DNA of 64,000 nt from Felis catus. Its lineage: Eukaryota. Each line of letters begins with the position of its first letter. Position 1 is the first letter of the stretch. The stretch spans positions 99,636,001-99,700,000 of the forward strand of contig NC_058373.1 of assembly GCF_018350175.1 (NCBI RefSeq). Reading direction: 5' to 3'. Below, one piece after another: positions 47,177 to 60,078 of this stretch. The position numbers were made by a program, and so were the translations under genes. A model generated the notes under the pieces. That model worked only from the letters and a program-made list of their open reading frames with translations. It had not been told where the DNA came from and ran no database searches.

Positions 47177-47782
47177 CTAAAGCTACTGGAAACTAAGACC
47201 TTTCTAGAAAGTGCAATGCCATGAGTCTCCATTATATCTCTGTCTCCAGCTCACTGGTGATATTTTGCAATTTCCTCAAATGTAAAGCAGCAGTAGTAAT
47301 GTGCATTAGGCCTGCAGAAGCACTAATAAAATTAGTGTAAATATGAAATTTAAAAAAAGGAAAACATGTGGCAAAAGAAACCACAGAGCACTAAATGATA
47401 GTGGTCCGTGAAGGATCATTTCCTGCTGCTTCCTGCCCCATGATACATGTACTGAAAATAAACAAAAGAAAAGCCATATTTTAGGAGAAAATATGAAGAG
47501 ATAATAACTTGGTATTATTCTTGAAATACTAATGACAGGGCAAGAAAAACAGACTAAAACAAAGGAAAATAAGTGTTGTAAGAAATGTTGTGCCAAACTA
47601 TGTGCTGAAGTGTGACTCTGGTGAGGATGGCAGTATTTTGATTCCTGACCAGTATGGAAAATCCCAAAAGCACAGGTTAGTCTGCATTAAATGTTAACAT
47701 TCACGTAATCATAAAGTTAGAAAGCCTCTTAAACAATCAGGGGGCTTTTGTTCCTTTCCCCTCAGTAGGACAAGAATCAAGC

Positions 47783-47785
<3 letters not shown>

Positions 47786-47831
<46 letters not shown>
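47786..47831. repeat. (TG)n microsatellite followed by gagaca repeats
   Basis: About 23 TG units. Confidence 0.95.
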
Positions 47832-47832
<1 letters not shown>

Positions 47833-47954
47833 CAGTGAGAGACAGAGACAGAGACAGAGAGACAGAGAATGGCACCAAACACTAAAAAAAACTCCCACAA
47901 TAGTGTTCAACGTTTTCTTTGGAAATATGCTTCACTCCCAAGCAAAACTTATAT

Positions 47955-47957
<3 letters not shown>

Positions 47958-47988
<31 letters not shown>
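47958..47988. repeat. (AC)n microsatellite
   Basis: About 15 AC units. Confidence 0.95.
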
Positions 47989-47990
<2 letters not shown>

Positions 47991-48274
47991 TTGTTTAACT
48001 GAAACTCATGTTGCAAGTTAAACCTATTTCTTTATTTGGTTCTCAGTAGCAATGGAAAATAGTTAATTTCTTCTTCATGATACATCAAGCCAATGTAATA
48101 CCCCTAAACCATTCAACCTTTTCTCTTAAGACCATTACCTATAACCCTTTTTTACATTCTGAATACTAAAATCCTAAATCTTAAATCCCAAAATACTAAA
48201 AAAAATTAAAATGCTTTTATAATCATTAATGACTTGGAAAGCATTATTATACGTGTAATAAAAAAGATGTTAAA

Positions 48275-49201
48275 GGAGGGAAGATGGCGGTGTTGGAGGA
48301 CGCTGGGCTCACCGCGCATCCTGCTGATCACTTAGATTCCACCTACACCTGCCTAAATAACCCAGAAAACCGCGAGAGGATTAGCAGAATGGAGTCGCCG
48401 GAGCCAAGCGCAGACGAGAGGCCCACGGAAGAGGGTAGGAAGGGCGGCGAGGCGGTGCGCGCTCCACGGACTGGCGGGAAGGAGCCGGGGCGGAGGGGCG
48501 GCTCGCTGGCCAAGCAGAGCCCCCCCGAGTCCGGCTTGCAAAAGCGGAGGGGCCTGACGGACTGTGTTCCGACAGCAAGCGCGACTTAGCGTCTGGGAGG
48601 TCATAAGTTAACAGCTCTGCTCGGAAAGCGGGAAGGCTGGAGGACAAAGGGAGGGAGAGCTGCTGAGCCCCCGGACGACAGAGCTCAGTTTGGTGGGGAA
48701 CAAAGGCGCTCGCCAGTGCCATCTCCCCCCGCCCATCCCCCAGCCAAAATCCCAAAGAGAACCAGTTCCTGCCAGGGAACTTGCTCGCTCCCAGAAAACA
48801 CCCAACTCTGTGCTTCTGCGGAGCCAAACCTCCGGCAGCGGATATGACACCCTCCCGCTGCCACAGGGCCCCTCCTGAAGTGGATCACCTAAGGAGAAGC
48901 CAGCTAAGCCTGCCCCTCCTGCCCCTGTGCACCTTGCCTACCCACCCCAGCTAATACGCCAGATCCCCAGCATCACAAGCCTGGCAGTGTGCAAGTAGCC
49001 CAGACGGACCACGCCACCCCACAGGGAATCCCGCCCCTAGGAGAGGGGAAGAGAAGGCACACACCAGTCTGACTGTGGCCCCAGCGGTGGGCTGGGGGCA
49101 GACATCAGGTCGGACTGCGGCCCCGCCCACCAACTCCAGTTATACACCACAGCACAGGGGAAGTGCCCTGCAGGTCCTCACCATGCCAGGGACTATCCAA
49201 A
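48275..49201 (+). promoter_or_regulatory. L1 5' UTR internal promoter / CpG island
   Basis: GC- and CpG-rich. YY1-type motif AAGATGGCG at 48281-48289. Confidence 0.85.
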
Positions 49202-50095
49202 ATGACCAAGCGGAAGAATTCCCCTCAGAAGAATCTCCAAGAAATAACAACAGCTAATGAGCTGATCAAAAAGGATTTAAATAATATAACAGAAAGTGAA
49301 TTTAGAATAATAGTCATAAAATTAATCGCTGGGCTTGAAAACAGTATAGAGGACAGCAGAGAATCTCTTGCTACAGAGATCAAGGGACTAAGGAACAGTC
49401 ACGAGGAGCTGAAAAATGCTTTAAATGAAATGCAAAACAAAATGGAAACCACCACGGCTCGGATTGAAGAGGCAGAGGAGAGAATAGGTGAACTAGAAGA
49501 TAAAGTTATGGAAAAAGAGGAAGCTGAGAAAAAGAGAGATAAAAAAATCCAGGAGTATGAGGGGAAAATTAGAGAACTAAGTGATACACTAAAAAGAAAT
49601 AATATACGCATAATTGGTATCCCAGAGGAGGAAGAGAGAGGGAAAGGTGCTGAAGGGGTACTTGAAGAAACAATAGCTGAGAACTTCCCTGAACTGGGGA
49701 AGGAAAAAGGCATTGAAATCCAAGAGGCACAGAGAACTCCCTTCAGACGTAACTTGAATCGATCTTCTGCATGACATATCATAGTGAAACTGGCAAAATA
49801 CAAGGATAAAGAGAAAATTCTGAAAGCAGCAAGGGGTAAACGTGCCCTCACATATAAAGGGAGACCTATAAGACTCGTGACTGATCTCTCTTTTGAAACT
49901 TGGCAGGCCAGAAAGAATTGGCACGAGATTTTCAGGGTGCTAGACAGAAAAAATATGCAGCCGAGAATCCTTTATCCAGCAAGTCTGTCATTTAGAATAG
50001 AAGGAGAGATAAAGGTCTTCCCAAACAAACAAAAACTGAAGGAATTTGTCACCACTAAACCAGCCCTACAGGAGATCCTAAGGGGGACCCTGTGA
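49202..50095 (+). pseudogene. L1 ORF1p with one premature stop
   Basis: MTKRKNSPQKN...coiled coil...RRM/CTD. In-frame TGA at 49772-49774 within SSA*HIIVKL. Confidence 0.95.
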
Positions 50096-50145
50096 GACAA
50101 AGTACCAGAGACATCACTACAAGCATAAAACATACAGACATCACA

Positions 50146-53100
50146 ATGACTCTAAACCCATATCTTTCTATAATAACACTGAATGTAAATGGATTAAATG
50201 CGCCAACCAAAAGACATAGGGTATCAGAATGGATAAAAAAACAAGACCCATCTATTTGCTGTCTACAAGAGACTCATTTTAGACCTGAGGACACCTTTAG
50301 ATTGAGAGTGAGGGGATGGAGAACTATTTATCATGCTACTGGAAGCCAAAAGAAAGCTGGAGTAGCCATACTTATTCAGACAAATTAGACTTTAAATTAA
50401 AGGCTGTAACAAGAGATGAAGAAGGACATTATATAATAGTTACAGGGTCTATCCATCAGGAAGAGCTAACAATTATAAATGTCTATGCGCCGAATACCGG
50501 AGCCCCCAAGTATATAAAACAATTACTCATAAACATAAGCAACCTTATTGATAAGAATGTAGTAATTGAAGGGGACTTTAACACCCCACTTACAGAAATG
50601 GATAGATCATCTAGGCACACGATCAATAAAGAAACAAGGGCCCTGAATGAGACATTGGATCAGATGGACTTGACAGATATATTTAGAACTCTGCATCCCA
50701 AAGCAACAGAATATACTTTCTTCTCGAGTGCACATGGAACATTCTCCAAGATAGATCATATACTGGGTCACAAAACAGCCCTTCATAAGTTTACAAGAAT
50801 TGAAATTATACCATGCATACTTTCAGACCACAATGCTATGAAGCTTGAAATCAACCACAGGAAAAAGTCTGGAAAACCTCCAAAAGCATGGAGGTTAAAG
50901 AACACCCTACTAACGAATGCGTGGGTCAACCAGGCAATTAGAGAAGAAATTAAAAAATATATGGAAACAAACGAAAATGAAAATACAACAATCCAAATGC
51001 TTTGGGATGCAGCGAAGGCAGTCCTGAGAGGAAAATACATTGCAATCCAGGCCTATCTCAAGAAACAAGAAAAATCCCAAATACAAAATCTAACAGCACA
51101 CCTAAAGGAACTAGAATCAGAACAGCAAAGGCAGCCTAAACCCAGCAGAAGAAGAGAAATAATAGAGATCAGAGCAGAAATAAACAATATAGAATCTAAA
51201 AAAACTGTAGAGCAGATCAATGAAACCAAGAGTTGGTTTTTTGAAAAAATAAACAAAAATTGACAAACCTCTAGCCAGGCTTCTCAAAAAGAAAAGGGAG
51301 ATGGCCCAAATAGATAAAATCATGAATGAAAATGGAATTATCACAACCAATCCCTCAGAAATAGAAACAATTATCAGGGAATACTATGAAAAATTATATG
51401 CCAACAAATTGGACAACCTGGAAGAAATGGACAAATTCCTGAACACCCACACTCTTCCAAAACTCAATCAGGAGGAAATAGAAAGCTTGAACAGACCCAT
51501 AACCAGCGAAGAAATTGAATCGGTTACCAAAAATCTCCCAACAAATAAGAGTCCTGGACCAGATGGCTTCCCAGGGGAATTGTACCAGACGTTTAAAGCA
51601 GAGATAATACCTATCCTTCTCAAGCTATTCCAAGAAATAGAAAGGGAAGGAAAACTTCCAGACTCATTCTATGAAGCCAGTATTACTTTGATTCCTAAGC
51701 CAGACAGAGACCCAGTAAAAAACAGAACTACAGGCCAATATCCCTGATGAATATGGATGCAAAAATTCTCAATAAGATACTAGCAAATCGAATTCAACGG
51801 CATATAAAAAGAATTATTCATCATGATCAAGTGGGATTCATTCCTGGGATGCAGGGCTGGTTCAACATTCGCAAATCAATCAACGTGATACATCACATTA
51901 ACAACAAAAAAAGAGAAGAACCATATGATCCTGTCAATCGATGCAGAAAAGGCCTTTGACAAAATCCAGCACCCTTTCTTAATAAAAACCCTTGAGAAAG
52001 TAGGGATAGAAGGAACATACTTAAAGATCATAAAAGCCATTTATGAAAAGCCCACAGCTAACATCATCCTCAACGGGGAATAACTGAGAGCTTTTTCCCT
52101 GAGATCAGGAACACGACAGGGATGCCCACTCTCACCGCTGTTGTTTAACATAGTGCTGGAAGTTCTAGCATCAGCAATCAGACAACAAAAGGAAATCAAA
52201 GGCATCAAAATTGGCAAAGATGAAGTCAAGCTTTCGCTTTTTGCAGATGACATGATATTATACATGGAAAATCCGATAGACTCCACCAAAAGTCTGCTAG
52301 AACTGATACATGAATTCAGCAAAGTTGCAGGATACAAAATCAATGTACAGAAATCAGTTGCATTCTTATACACTAACAATGAAGCAGTTGCATTCTTATA
52401 CACTAACAATGAAGCAACAGAAAGACAAATAAAGAAACTGATCCCATTCACAATTGCACCAAGAAGCATAAAATACGTAGGAATAAATCTAACCAAAGAT
52501 GTAAAGGATCTGTATGCTGAAAACTATAGAAAGCTTATGAAGGTAATTGAAGAAGATTTAAAGAAATGGAAAGACATTCCCTGCTCATGGATTGGAAAAA
52601 TAAATATTGTCAAAATGTCAATACTACCCAAAGCTATCTACACATTCAATGCAATCCCAATCAAAATTGCACCAGCATTCTTCTCGAAACTAGAACAAGC
52701 AATCCTAAAATTCGTATGGAACCACAAAAGGCCCCAAATAGCCAAAGGAATTTTGAAGAAGAAGACCAAAGCAGGAGGCATCACAATCCCAGGCTTTAGC
52801 CTCTATTACAAAGCTGTAGTCATCAAGACAGCATGGTATTGGCACAAAAACAGACACATAGACCAATGGAATAGAATAGAAACCCCAGAACTAGACCCAC
52901 AAACGTATGGCCAACTCATCTTTGACAAAGCAGGAAAGAACATCCAATGGAAAAAAGACAGCCTCTTTAACAAATGGTGCTGGGAGAACTGGACAGCAAC
53001 ATGCAGAAGGTTGAAACTAGACCACTTTCTCACACCATTCACAAAAATAAACTCAAAATGGATAAAGGACCTGAATGTGAGACAGGAAACCATCAAAACC

Positions 53101-53996
53101 TTAGAGGAGAAAGCAGGAAAAGACCTCTCTGACCTCAGCCGTAGCAATCTCTTACTCGACACATCCCCAAAGGCAAGGGAATTAAAAGCAAAAGTGAATT
53201 ACTGGGACCTTATGAAGATAAAAAGCTTCTGCACAGCAAAGGAAACAACCAACAAAACTTAAAGGCAACCAACGGAATGGGAAAAGATATTTGCAAATGA
53301 CATATCGGACAAAAGGCTAGTATCCAAAATCTACAAAGAGCTCACCAAACTCCACACCCGAAAAACAAATAACCCAGTGAAGAAATGGGCAGAAAACATG
53401 AATAGACACTTCTCTAAAGAAGACATCCGGATGGCCAACAGGCACATGAAAAGATGTTCAGTGTCGCTCCTTATCAGGGAAATACAAATCAAAACCACAC
53501 TCAGGTATCACCTCACGCCAGAGTGGCCAAAATGAACAAATCAGGAGACTATAGATGCTGGCGAGGATGTGGAGAAACGGGAACCCTCTTGCACTGTTGG
53601 TGGGAATGCAAATTGGTGCAGCCGCTCTGGAAAGCAGTGTGGAGGTTCCTCAGAAAATTAAAAATAGACCTACCCTATGACCCAGCAATAGCACTGCTAG
53701 GAATTTATCCAAGGGATACAGGAGTACTGATGCATAGGGCCACTTGCACCCCAATGTTCATAGCAGCACTCTCAACAATAGCCAAATTATGGAAAGAGCC
53801 TAAATGTCCATCAACTGATGAATGGATAAAGAAATTGTGGTTTATATACACAATGGAATACTACGTGGCAATGAGAAAAAATGAAATATGGCCTTTTGTA
53901 GCAACGTGGATGGAACTGGAGAGTGTGATGCTAAGTGAAATAAGCCATACAGAGAAAGACAGATACCATATGGTTTCACTCTTATGTGGATCCTGA
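50146..53996 (+). pseudogene. L1 ORF2p (EN-RT-Cys), disrupted
   Basis: ITLNVNGLN, GDFN and SDH (EN), FADD (RT), HCWWECK. Frameshifts near 50376, 51260, 51720, 51910 and 53520. Stops at 52081 and 53260. Confidence 0.96.
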
Positions 53997-54239
53997 GAAA
54001 CTTAACAGGAACCCATGGGGGAGGGGAAGGAAAAAAAAGGGGGGGGGTTAGAGTGGGAGAGAGCCAAAGCATAAGAGACTGTTAAAAACTGAGAACAAAC
54101 TGAGGGTTGATGGGGGGTGGGAGGGAGGAGAGGGTGGGTGATGGGTATTGAGGAGGGCACCTTTTGGGATGAGCACTGGGTGTTGTATGGAAACAAATTT
54201 GACAATAAATTTCATATATTAAAAAAAAAAGATGTTAAA

Positions 54240-55200
54240 AATTATTTACAAAAAGTTAAAGTTCACGCAGAAGATTTTACATCTCAGATATTAAAACATT
54301 ATATGACACTGCATGAAATTAAAGCAGGACAGTCCTGGCACGGGTATAAATGAACAGATCAACAGAACAGAATACAGTCCCATCCAAAATCTATTAATCC
54401 TGCTACTACTACTAAGCCAACACAATGACATTAGTAAATGCCCCTTTGGTGTCATTACCACCCATAAACTGTGTCGATGAATCCCCACTGCAGCAGAGGA
54501 CAGGCAGAATGGGCACTCACTACACAGACACAGACCTCTCTGACCCCAAACTCTTGTGCTTTTAATGAAAATATGCTACAGACTTCACTGCAAAGGCTTC
54601 AGTAACAGTTAAAATTGGAGAAAGGCATTGGAGAAATTAGCTATACACGTGGGAAAAAGTAAAGTTAGATTACTTCCTCACATCATTAAAAAAAATGGAC
54701 TAAAATCTGAAGTGTAAAAATCAATTAATTGATAATTAATTAATTAAATGTGCTATATTAAGTATTGAACATTTTATAATCTTAACATGAAGAAGGACAT
54801 TCTTAGAATGACACCAAGGTCAGAAGCCAAAAAGGAAAACAGACATATTTGACCACTGGCATGGAAGAAGATGCTGTTAAGACAGTTAAATGAACCTAGA
54901 AAAGCACTTGCACGTGAATATGAGAAACAAAGAGTTTCTCATCAGGTAATGCCCTTAGTTATAAAATGCACTTACGAATAAGTATGAAAAATATCAACAT
55001 CCCAACCAAAACTGGGAAAAGGATAGGAACAGACATTTCACAAGTGAAGAAAGATATATTGCCAATAAACATAAAAGTACACTCAAATTTATTCTCAGAG
55101 GTATAAGACGCTGAAAGTACCCAGGCTAGTGAGAATGTGTGTACAGGAACAGGAACTCTCCTACATCACTGGTAGACACACAAATGGGTACAAAGAAAAA
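54240..55200 (+). mobile_element. Old degenerate L1M ORF2 fragment flanking the young L1
   Basis: aacagatcaacagaacagaatac, ttggagaaattagctatacacgtgggaaaaaagt and aggataggaacagacatttcaca motifs. Confidence 0.6.
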
Positions 55201-55434
55201 TATATTTCTCTATAAAGGAGATGCATTAAGTGATCTCCATGATTCAGGATTTAAACTTGTGAGAATCTGTATTTCTCTGAGTTGTGCCAGTGACGTATAA
55301 GAGTTGTAGCAATCAATAAAATAGAGTTTTACAGAAACAAATTCTTAAGATATGCTTCTCTCTCCAATGAGTCAAATGTATTTTGAGAACTTATATGACT
55401 CATATTGAAAGCCTTACTGCACCCAACATAAATA

Positions 55435-55960
55435 CCAACACAAACATTTACCAAGCCATTATGTGCTAAACCTATGGGAATAATGGAGGCAGCCAGGAGC
55501 TGACTGGGAATAATGGGAGGCACTGGGAATAATGGAGGCAGCCAGGAGCTGACGGGACAGGGGAAACCACAAAGTAAACAGATACGGATGCACAGGGCGA
55601 AGAGCTTTACAGGAAATAAGCTCTGGCTGAGGGAAAGCATGAGACAGACATTTAAAACAGACTTGGGAATAAAGGGGGTGCAAAGATTCCTCATAGGCAA
55701 CTCCTGAGATGTGTCTGAAAACTTAAGCCAACATCACACATCTGAAAAAGGGGTGCCTTCCAGGGCAGAGAACAGCATCTGCAAAGACAAGGGCACACAT
55801 GGTGGGTCCTAGAACTCTTGGTGTCTCCTGAGGCTGCAGAAATGGATGGCCAGAGAAGAATGACAGGTGTCACAGGTTACCATAAGAAACCTGCATTTAA
55901 TTCTCATGGTAACTGTAAACCAGCAAAGGATTTCACGTGGGGGCTAATCAGATCCACACT
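55435..55960 (-). mobile_element. L2 3' fragment
   Basis: caacacaaacatttaccaagcc at the left and ttccagggcagagaacagcatctgcaaagac internally. Confidence 0.55.
55475..55553. repeat. Short tandem repeat, 30+19+30 bp
   Basis: tgggaataatggaggcagccaggagctgac occurs twice, around the truncated unit tgggaataatgggaggcac. Confidence 0.9.
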
Positions 55961-56469
55961 GGAGAAAAAATAGCTCTCGTGGACTCTCATTTCCAGTAAG
56001 ATGGTAGACTGAGTTAGCCAGGAAAAAAAATTCCAAATATAAAGCCAGAAAATGGGTAGAGGTTTAAAAATTAGTTTAAAAGCATAGCCAAAATCACAAA
56101 CAGCAGGCTGAAATCCCTAGACGCTGAACATAGAGAGGGAACTGAAAATTGGACTGGAGAGTGCTGGGCGGATGCAATGGTCTCTGTGGAAGGGTGGGAA
56201 ATTGTGTCCTTCTATTTCAGGGACTTGAGCTTAACTGACCCCCGTGAGGCTTGGGCCTGGGAGAAGCAGGGAGTTGGAGCAAAGACGCTTTGCAGAGATT
56301 CACCGTCAGTGACCTCATCCTTTCTTACCTACTTCATGACCTCACTCCTGGTAGCGCTTCACTCTCTGCTTACAGGTACCATCATTTTTCAAAAATCTTT
56401 ACTGGATCATTCCTATTAGCATACTAATACGCTATGATTTCTCACATCGTAAGAACACTTTCTTTGACC

Positions 56470-56581
56470 CCAATTCCCATGCAGGCTACCACACCATTTC
56501 CCAGTTCTCTTTTGCAAAATGTCTCCTCAGAAAAGTTGCCTATGCTCAGCATCTCCAATTCTTGTTTTCCCATGATATCTT
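56470..56581 (+). mobile_element. L2 ORF fragment (left half, continues at ~62655)
   Basis: ctcctcagaaaagttgcctatgctcagcatctccaattc matches the recalled L2 RT region. Confidence 0.55.
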
Positions 56582-57141
56582 GTTTTTAATTTTTAATTTT
56601 ATTTTTGAAAATTAAAGTGTATTTGGCATACAATATTATATTAGTTTCAGGTGTCTAATGTAGTCATTTGACATCTGTATACACTGCAAAATGATCACCA
56701 CAACAAATCTCATTGCCATCTGTCACCATACAAAGTTACAAAAATGTTTTTTTCTTGTGATGGGAACTTTTAAGATTTATTTACTTTCTTAGCATCTTTC
56801 AAATTTGCAATACAATAGTATTGACTATAGTCACCACGTGGTACATCATATCCCCATGACTTATTTATTTTCTAGGGGGAGGTTTGTACCTCTTAATCCC
56901 CTTCACCAATTTTGCCCACCTGCAACCCTCCTCCCCTCTGGCAACCACCAATCCAACCTGAGTTTTTTGTTTTGTTTGTTCATTTGTTTTGTTTTGTTTT
57001 TTTGGATTCCACATATAAGTGAAATCATATGGTATTTGTCTTTCCCTGTCTGACTTAATTCACTTAGCATAATATCCTCAAGATTCATCCATGTTTTCCC
57101 AAATGGCAAGATATCATTCCTTTTATGACTGAGTAATATTC

Positions 57142-57343
57142 TTTTTTTTTTTAATGTTTATTTGTGGGAGAGAGAGACACAGAGTGTGAGTGGGGTAGGG
57201 GCAGAGAGAGACACAGAATCCAAAGCAGGCCCCAGGCTCCAAGCTGTCAGCACAAAGCCTGACGTGGGCCTCGAACTCACAAATCGCGAGATCATGACCT
57301 GAGCCGAAATGGATGTTCAACCCACTGCGCCACCCAGGCGCCC
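57142..57343 (-). mobile_element. CAN-SINE
   Basis: Reverse head gccacccaggcgcccc. Confidence 0.9.
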
Positions 57344-58977
57344 CTCAGTTGTGTGTATCTTCTTTATCCAGTCATCCATCAGTGGACATTTAGGCTGTTG
57401 AAAGTTTTTATCTTTAGTTTATCTTTATTTTATCTTTAGTTTTATTTTATTTATAAATGAACGTGGAATTTTATCAAATGATTTTTCCGCATCTATTGAG
57501 ATGATCACATGATTTTTATCCTTTGTTTTGTGAATGTGGTTTATCACATTGATTGATTTGTGCATATTAAACAATCTTTGAATCCCTGGAATAAATCCCA
57601 TTTGATTGTGGTGTATGAATTTTTAATGTATTATTGAATTAGGTTTATTAATATTTTGCTGAATATTTCTGCATCTATGTCCGGGAGAAATATTGCCCTG
57701 TAATTTATTTACTATTATTTTTTTGTAGTGCCCTTGTCTGGTTTTGGCATCAAGGTAATGACAGCCACATAAAATAAGTTTGGGGTATTTCTTCCTCTTC
57801 AAATTTTTGGTTTCAGAAGGATGGGTATTAAATATTCTTTGGCTGTTTGATAGAATTCACCTGGGAAGCCATCTGCTCCTGGCTTTTTTGTTGTTGTTGG
57901 GAGGTGTTTTTTGTTTCGCTTTGTTTTTTTTGTTGTTCTACTAATTCAATCTCCTTACTAGTAATCGGTCCATTTAGATTTCTATTTCTTCATGATTCAG
58001 TCTTGGAAGATTGTATGTTTCTAGGAATTTATCCATTTCTTCTTGGTTATCAAATTTATTGGTGTAAAATTATTCACTCTTGTCTCATAATCCTTTGTAT
58101 TTCTCTGGTGTCAATTGTAATTTCTCTTCTTTCCTTTCTGATTTTATTTTTTTGAGCTCTTTCTCTTTTTTTCTTAATGAGTCTAGCTAAAGGTTTGTCA
58201 ATTTTTGTTTATCGTTTCAAAGAACAGCCCTTAGTTTCACTAATCTTTTCTACCGTCTTTTTAGTCTCTATTTCATTTCTTTCTAATCTTTACTATTTTC
58301 TTCTTCCTAACTTCGGGCTTCATTTATTTATTCCTAATTCCTTTAGGTGCAAAGTTACATTACTTATTTGAGATTTTTCTTGTTTCTTGAGGTAGCTCCG
58401 TATCACTATAAACTTCCGTCTTAGAACTGCTTTTCCTGCATCCCATAGATTTTGGTATATTGTATTATCATTTTCATTTGCCTCAAGACATTTTTAAATT
58501 TCTCCTTTGATTTCTTCATTGACCCATTGGGTATGCAGATGTAGGTTATTTAATCTTCACATATTTGTGATTTTTCCAGTTTTTTTCTTGTGATTGACTT
58601 TTAGAGTCATACCATTGTGGTTGGGAAAGATGCTTGATATAATTTTAATTTCCTCAGATTTATTAAGACTTGTTTTCATCTGTGATCAAAACATATGATC
58701 TATCCTGGAGAATGTTCCATGTGCACTTGAGAAGAATGTGTATTCAGTTGTTTCTGGATGGAATGTTATTTATATAACTATTAAAATCCATTTGGTCTAA
58801 TGTGTCATTCAAGGCCAATGTTTCCTTATTGACTGGATGATCTATCCATTGATGTAAGCGGGGTATTAAAGTTCCTTACTATTATTATATTGCTATCAAT
58901 TTTTCCTTTAGGTCTGTTAATATTTGCTCTATGCCCCTATGTTAGGTGCATAAATATTTACAAATGGTATATCTTCT

Positions 58978-59208
58978 TTCTTTTAAATTTTTAATGTTTA
59001 TTTATTTTTGAGAGAGAGAGACAGAGAGACAGAGAGACAGAGTGTGAGTGGGGGAGGGGCAGAGAGAGAGAGAGGAAGACACAGAGTCTGGAGCATGCTC
59101 CAAGCTCTGAACTGTCAGCACAGAGCCTGATACGGGGCTTGAACCCACAAACTGTGAGATCGTGACCTGAGCTGAAGTCAAATGCTTAACTGAGTCACCC
59201 AGGTACCC
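58978..59208 (-). mobile_element. CAN-SINE
   Basis: TSD aaatggtatatcttctt on both flanks. Confidence 0.92.
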
Positions 59209-59723
59209 CATAAATGGTATATCTTCTTGATGAATTGATCCCTTATCATTATGTAATGCCTATATTTGTCTTTTATTACAGTCTTTGTTTTAAAATCTAC
59301 TTTGTCTGATATAAGTATAGCTACCCCAGCTTTCTTTTGGTTTTTATTTGCATAAAACATCTTTTTTCATCCCTTTAAGTATGTGTGTATCCTTATATCT
59401 GAAGTGAGTCTCCTGTAGGCAGCATATAAATGGGTTTCGTTTTTTTTTTTTTTTAATCCATTCAGTCACTTTATGCCTTTTGATCAGAGAATTTAGTCCA
59501 CTTACAATTCAAAGTAATTAGTGGTAGGTGTGTACGTACTGCCATTTTGTTAATTGTTTTCTGGCTGTTCTACAGTTCCTATCTGCTCCTTTCTTCTTTT
59601 GCTTTCTCCCTTTTTGTTTGATGACTTTCTATAAAGTTATGCTTAGATTCCTTTCTCATTATCTTTTGTGTATCTACCATAAATTTTTGTTTTATGGTTA
59701 CCATGAGATCTACATGTAACAAC

Positions 59724-59751
59724 ATATATATATACACACATATATATACAC

Positions 59752-59793
<42 letters not shown>
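59724..59793. repeat. (TA)n / (CA)n microsatellite
   Basis: Compound TA repeat. Confidence 0.9.
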
Positions 59794-59797
<4 letters not shown>

Positions 59798-59864
59798 TTA
59801 AGTTGATAGTAAATCAAGTTTGAACACATTCTAATATTCTACATCTTTATTTTCCCCTTGTTTT

Positions 59865-60078
59865 TTAAAAAAATTTTTTAACATTTATTATTGAGAGACA
59901 GAGAAGACAGAGCATGAGCATGGGAGGAGCAGAGACAGGGAGAGACACAGAATCCAAAGCAGGCTCCAGGCTCTGAGCTGTCAGCATAGAGCCTGACGTG
60001 GGGCTCGAACTTACAAACGCGAGATCATGACCTAAGGCGAAGTCGGACACTCAACTGACTGAGCCATCCAGGTGCCCC
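59865..60078 (-). mobile_element. CAN-SINE
   Basis: Reverse head, GA tract. Confidence 0.9.

Larger units (their letters stand above)
48275..54224 (+). mobile_element. Full-length young LINE-1 (L1_Fc type), inactivated
   Basis: CpG-rich 5' UTR, ORF1, ORF2, G-rich 3' UTR, AATAAA and short polyA. TSD aaaaaagatgttaaa (48260-48274, 54225-54239). Confidence 0.98.

Noticed and set aside
48284..48888. Sense 101-aa and antisense 148-aa ORFs in the L1 5' UTR as an ORF0 analogue
   Set aside because: The antisense ORF starts at TTG rather than ATG, and long open frames are expected in GC-rich sequence. There is no independent support.
49399..53162. Antisense ORFs over L1 ORF1/ORF2
   Set aside because: Shadow frames opposite L1 coding sequence.
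55475..55553. CRISPR-like repeat-spacer pattern
   Set aside because: The apparent spacer is a truncated repeat unit, the context is mammalian and there are no cas genes.
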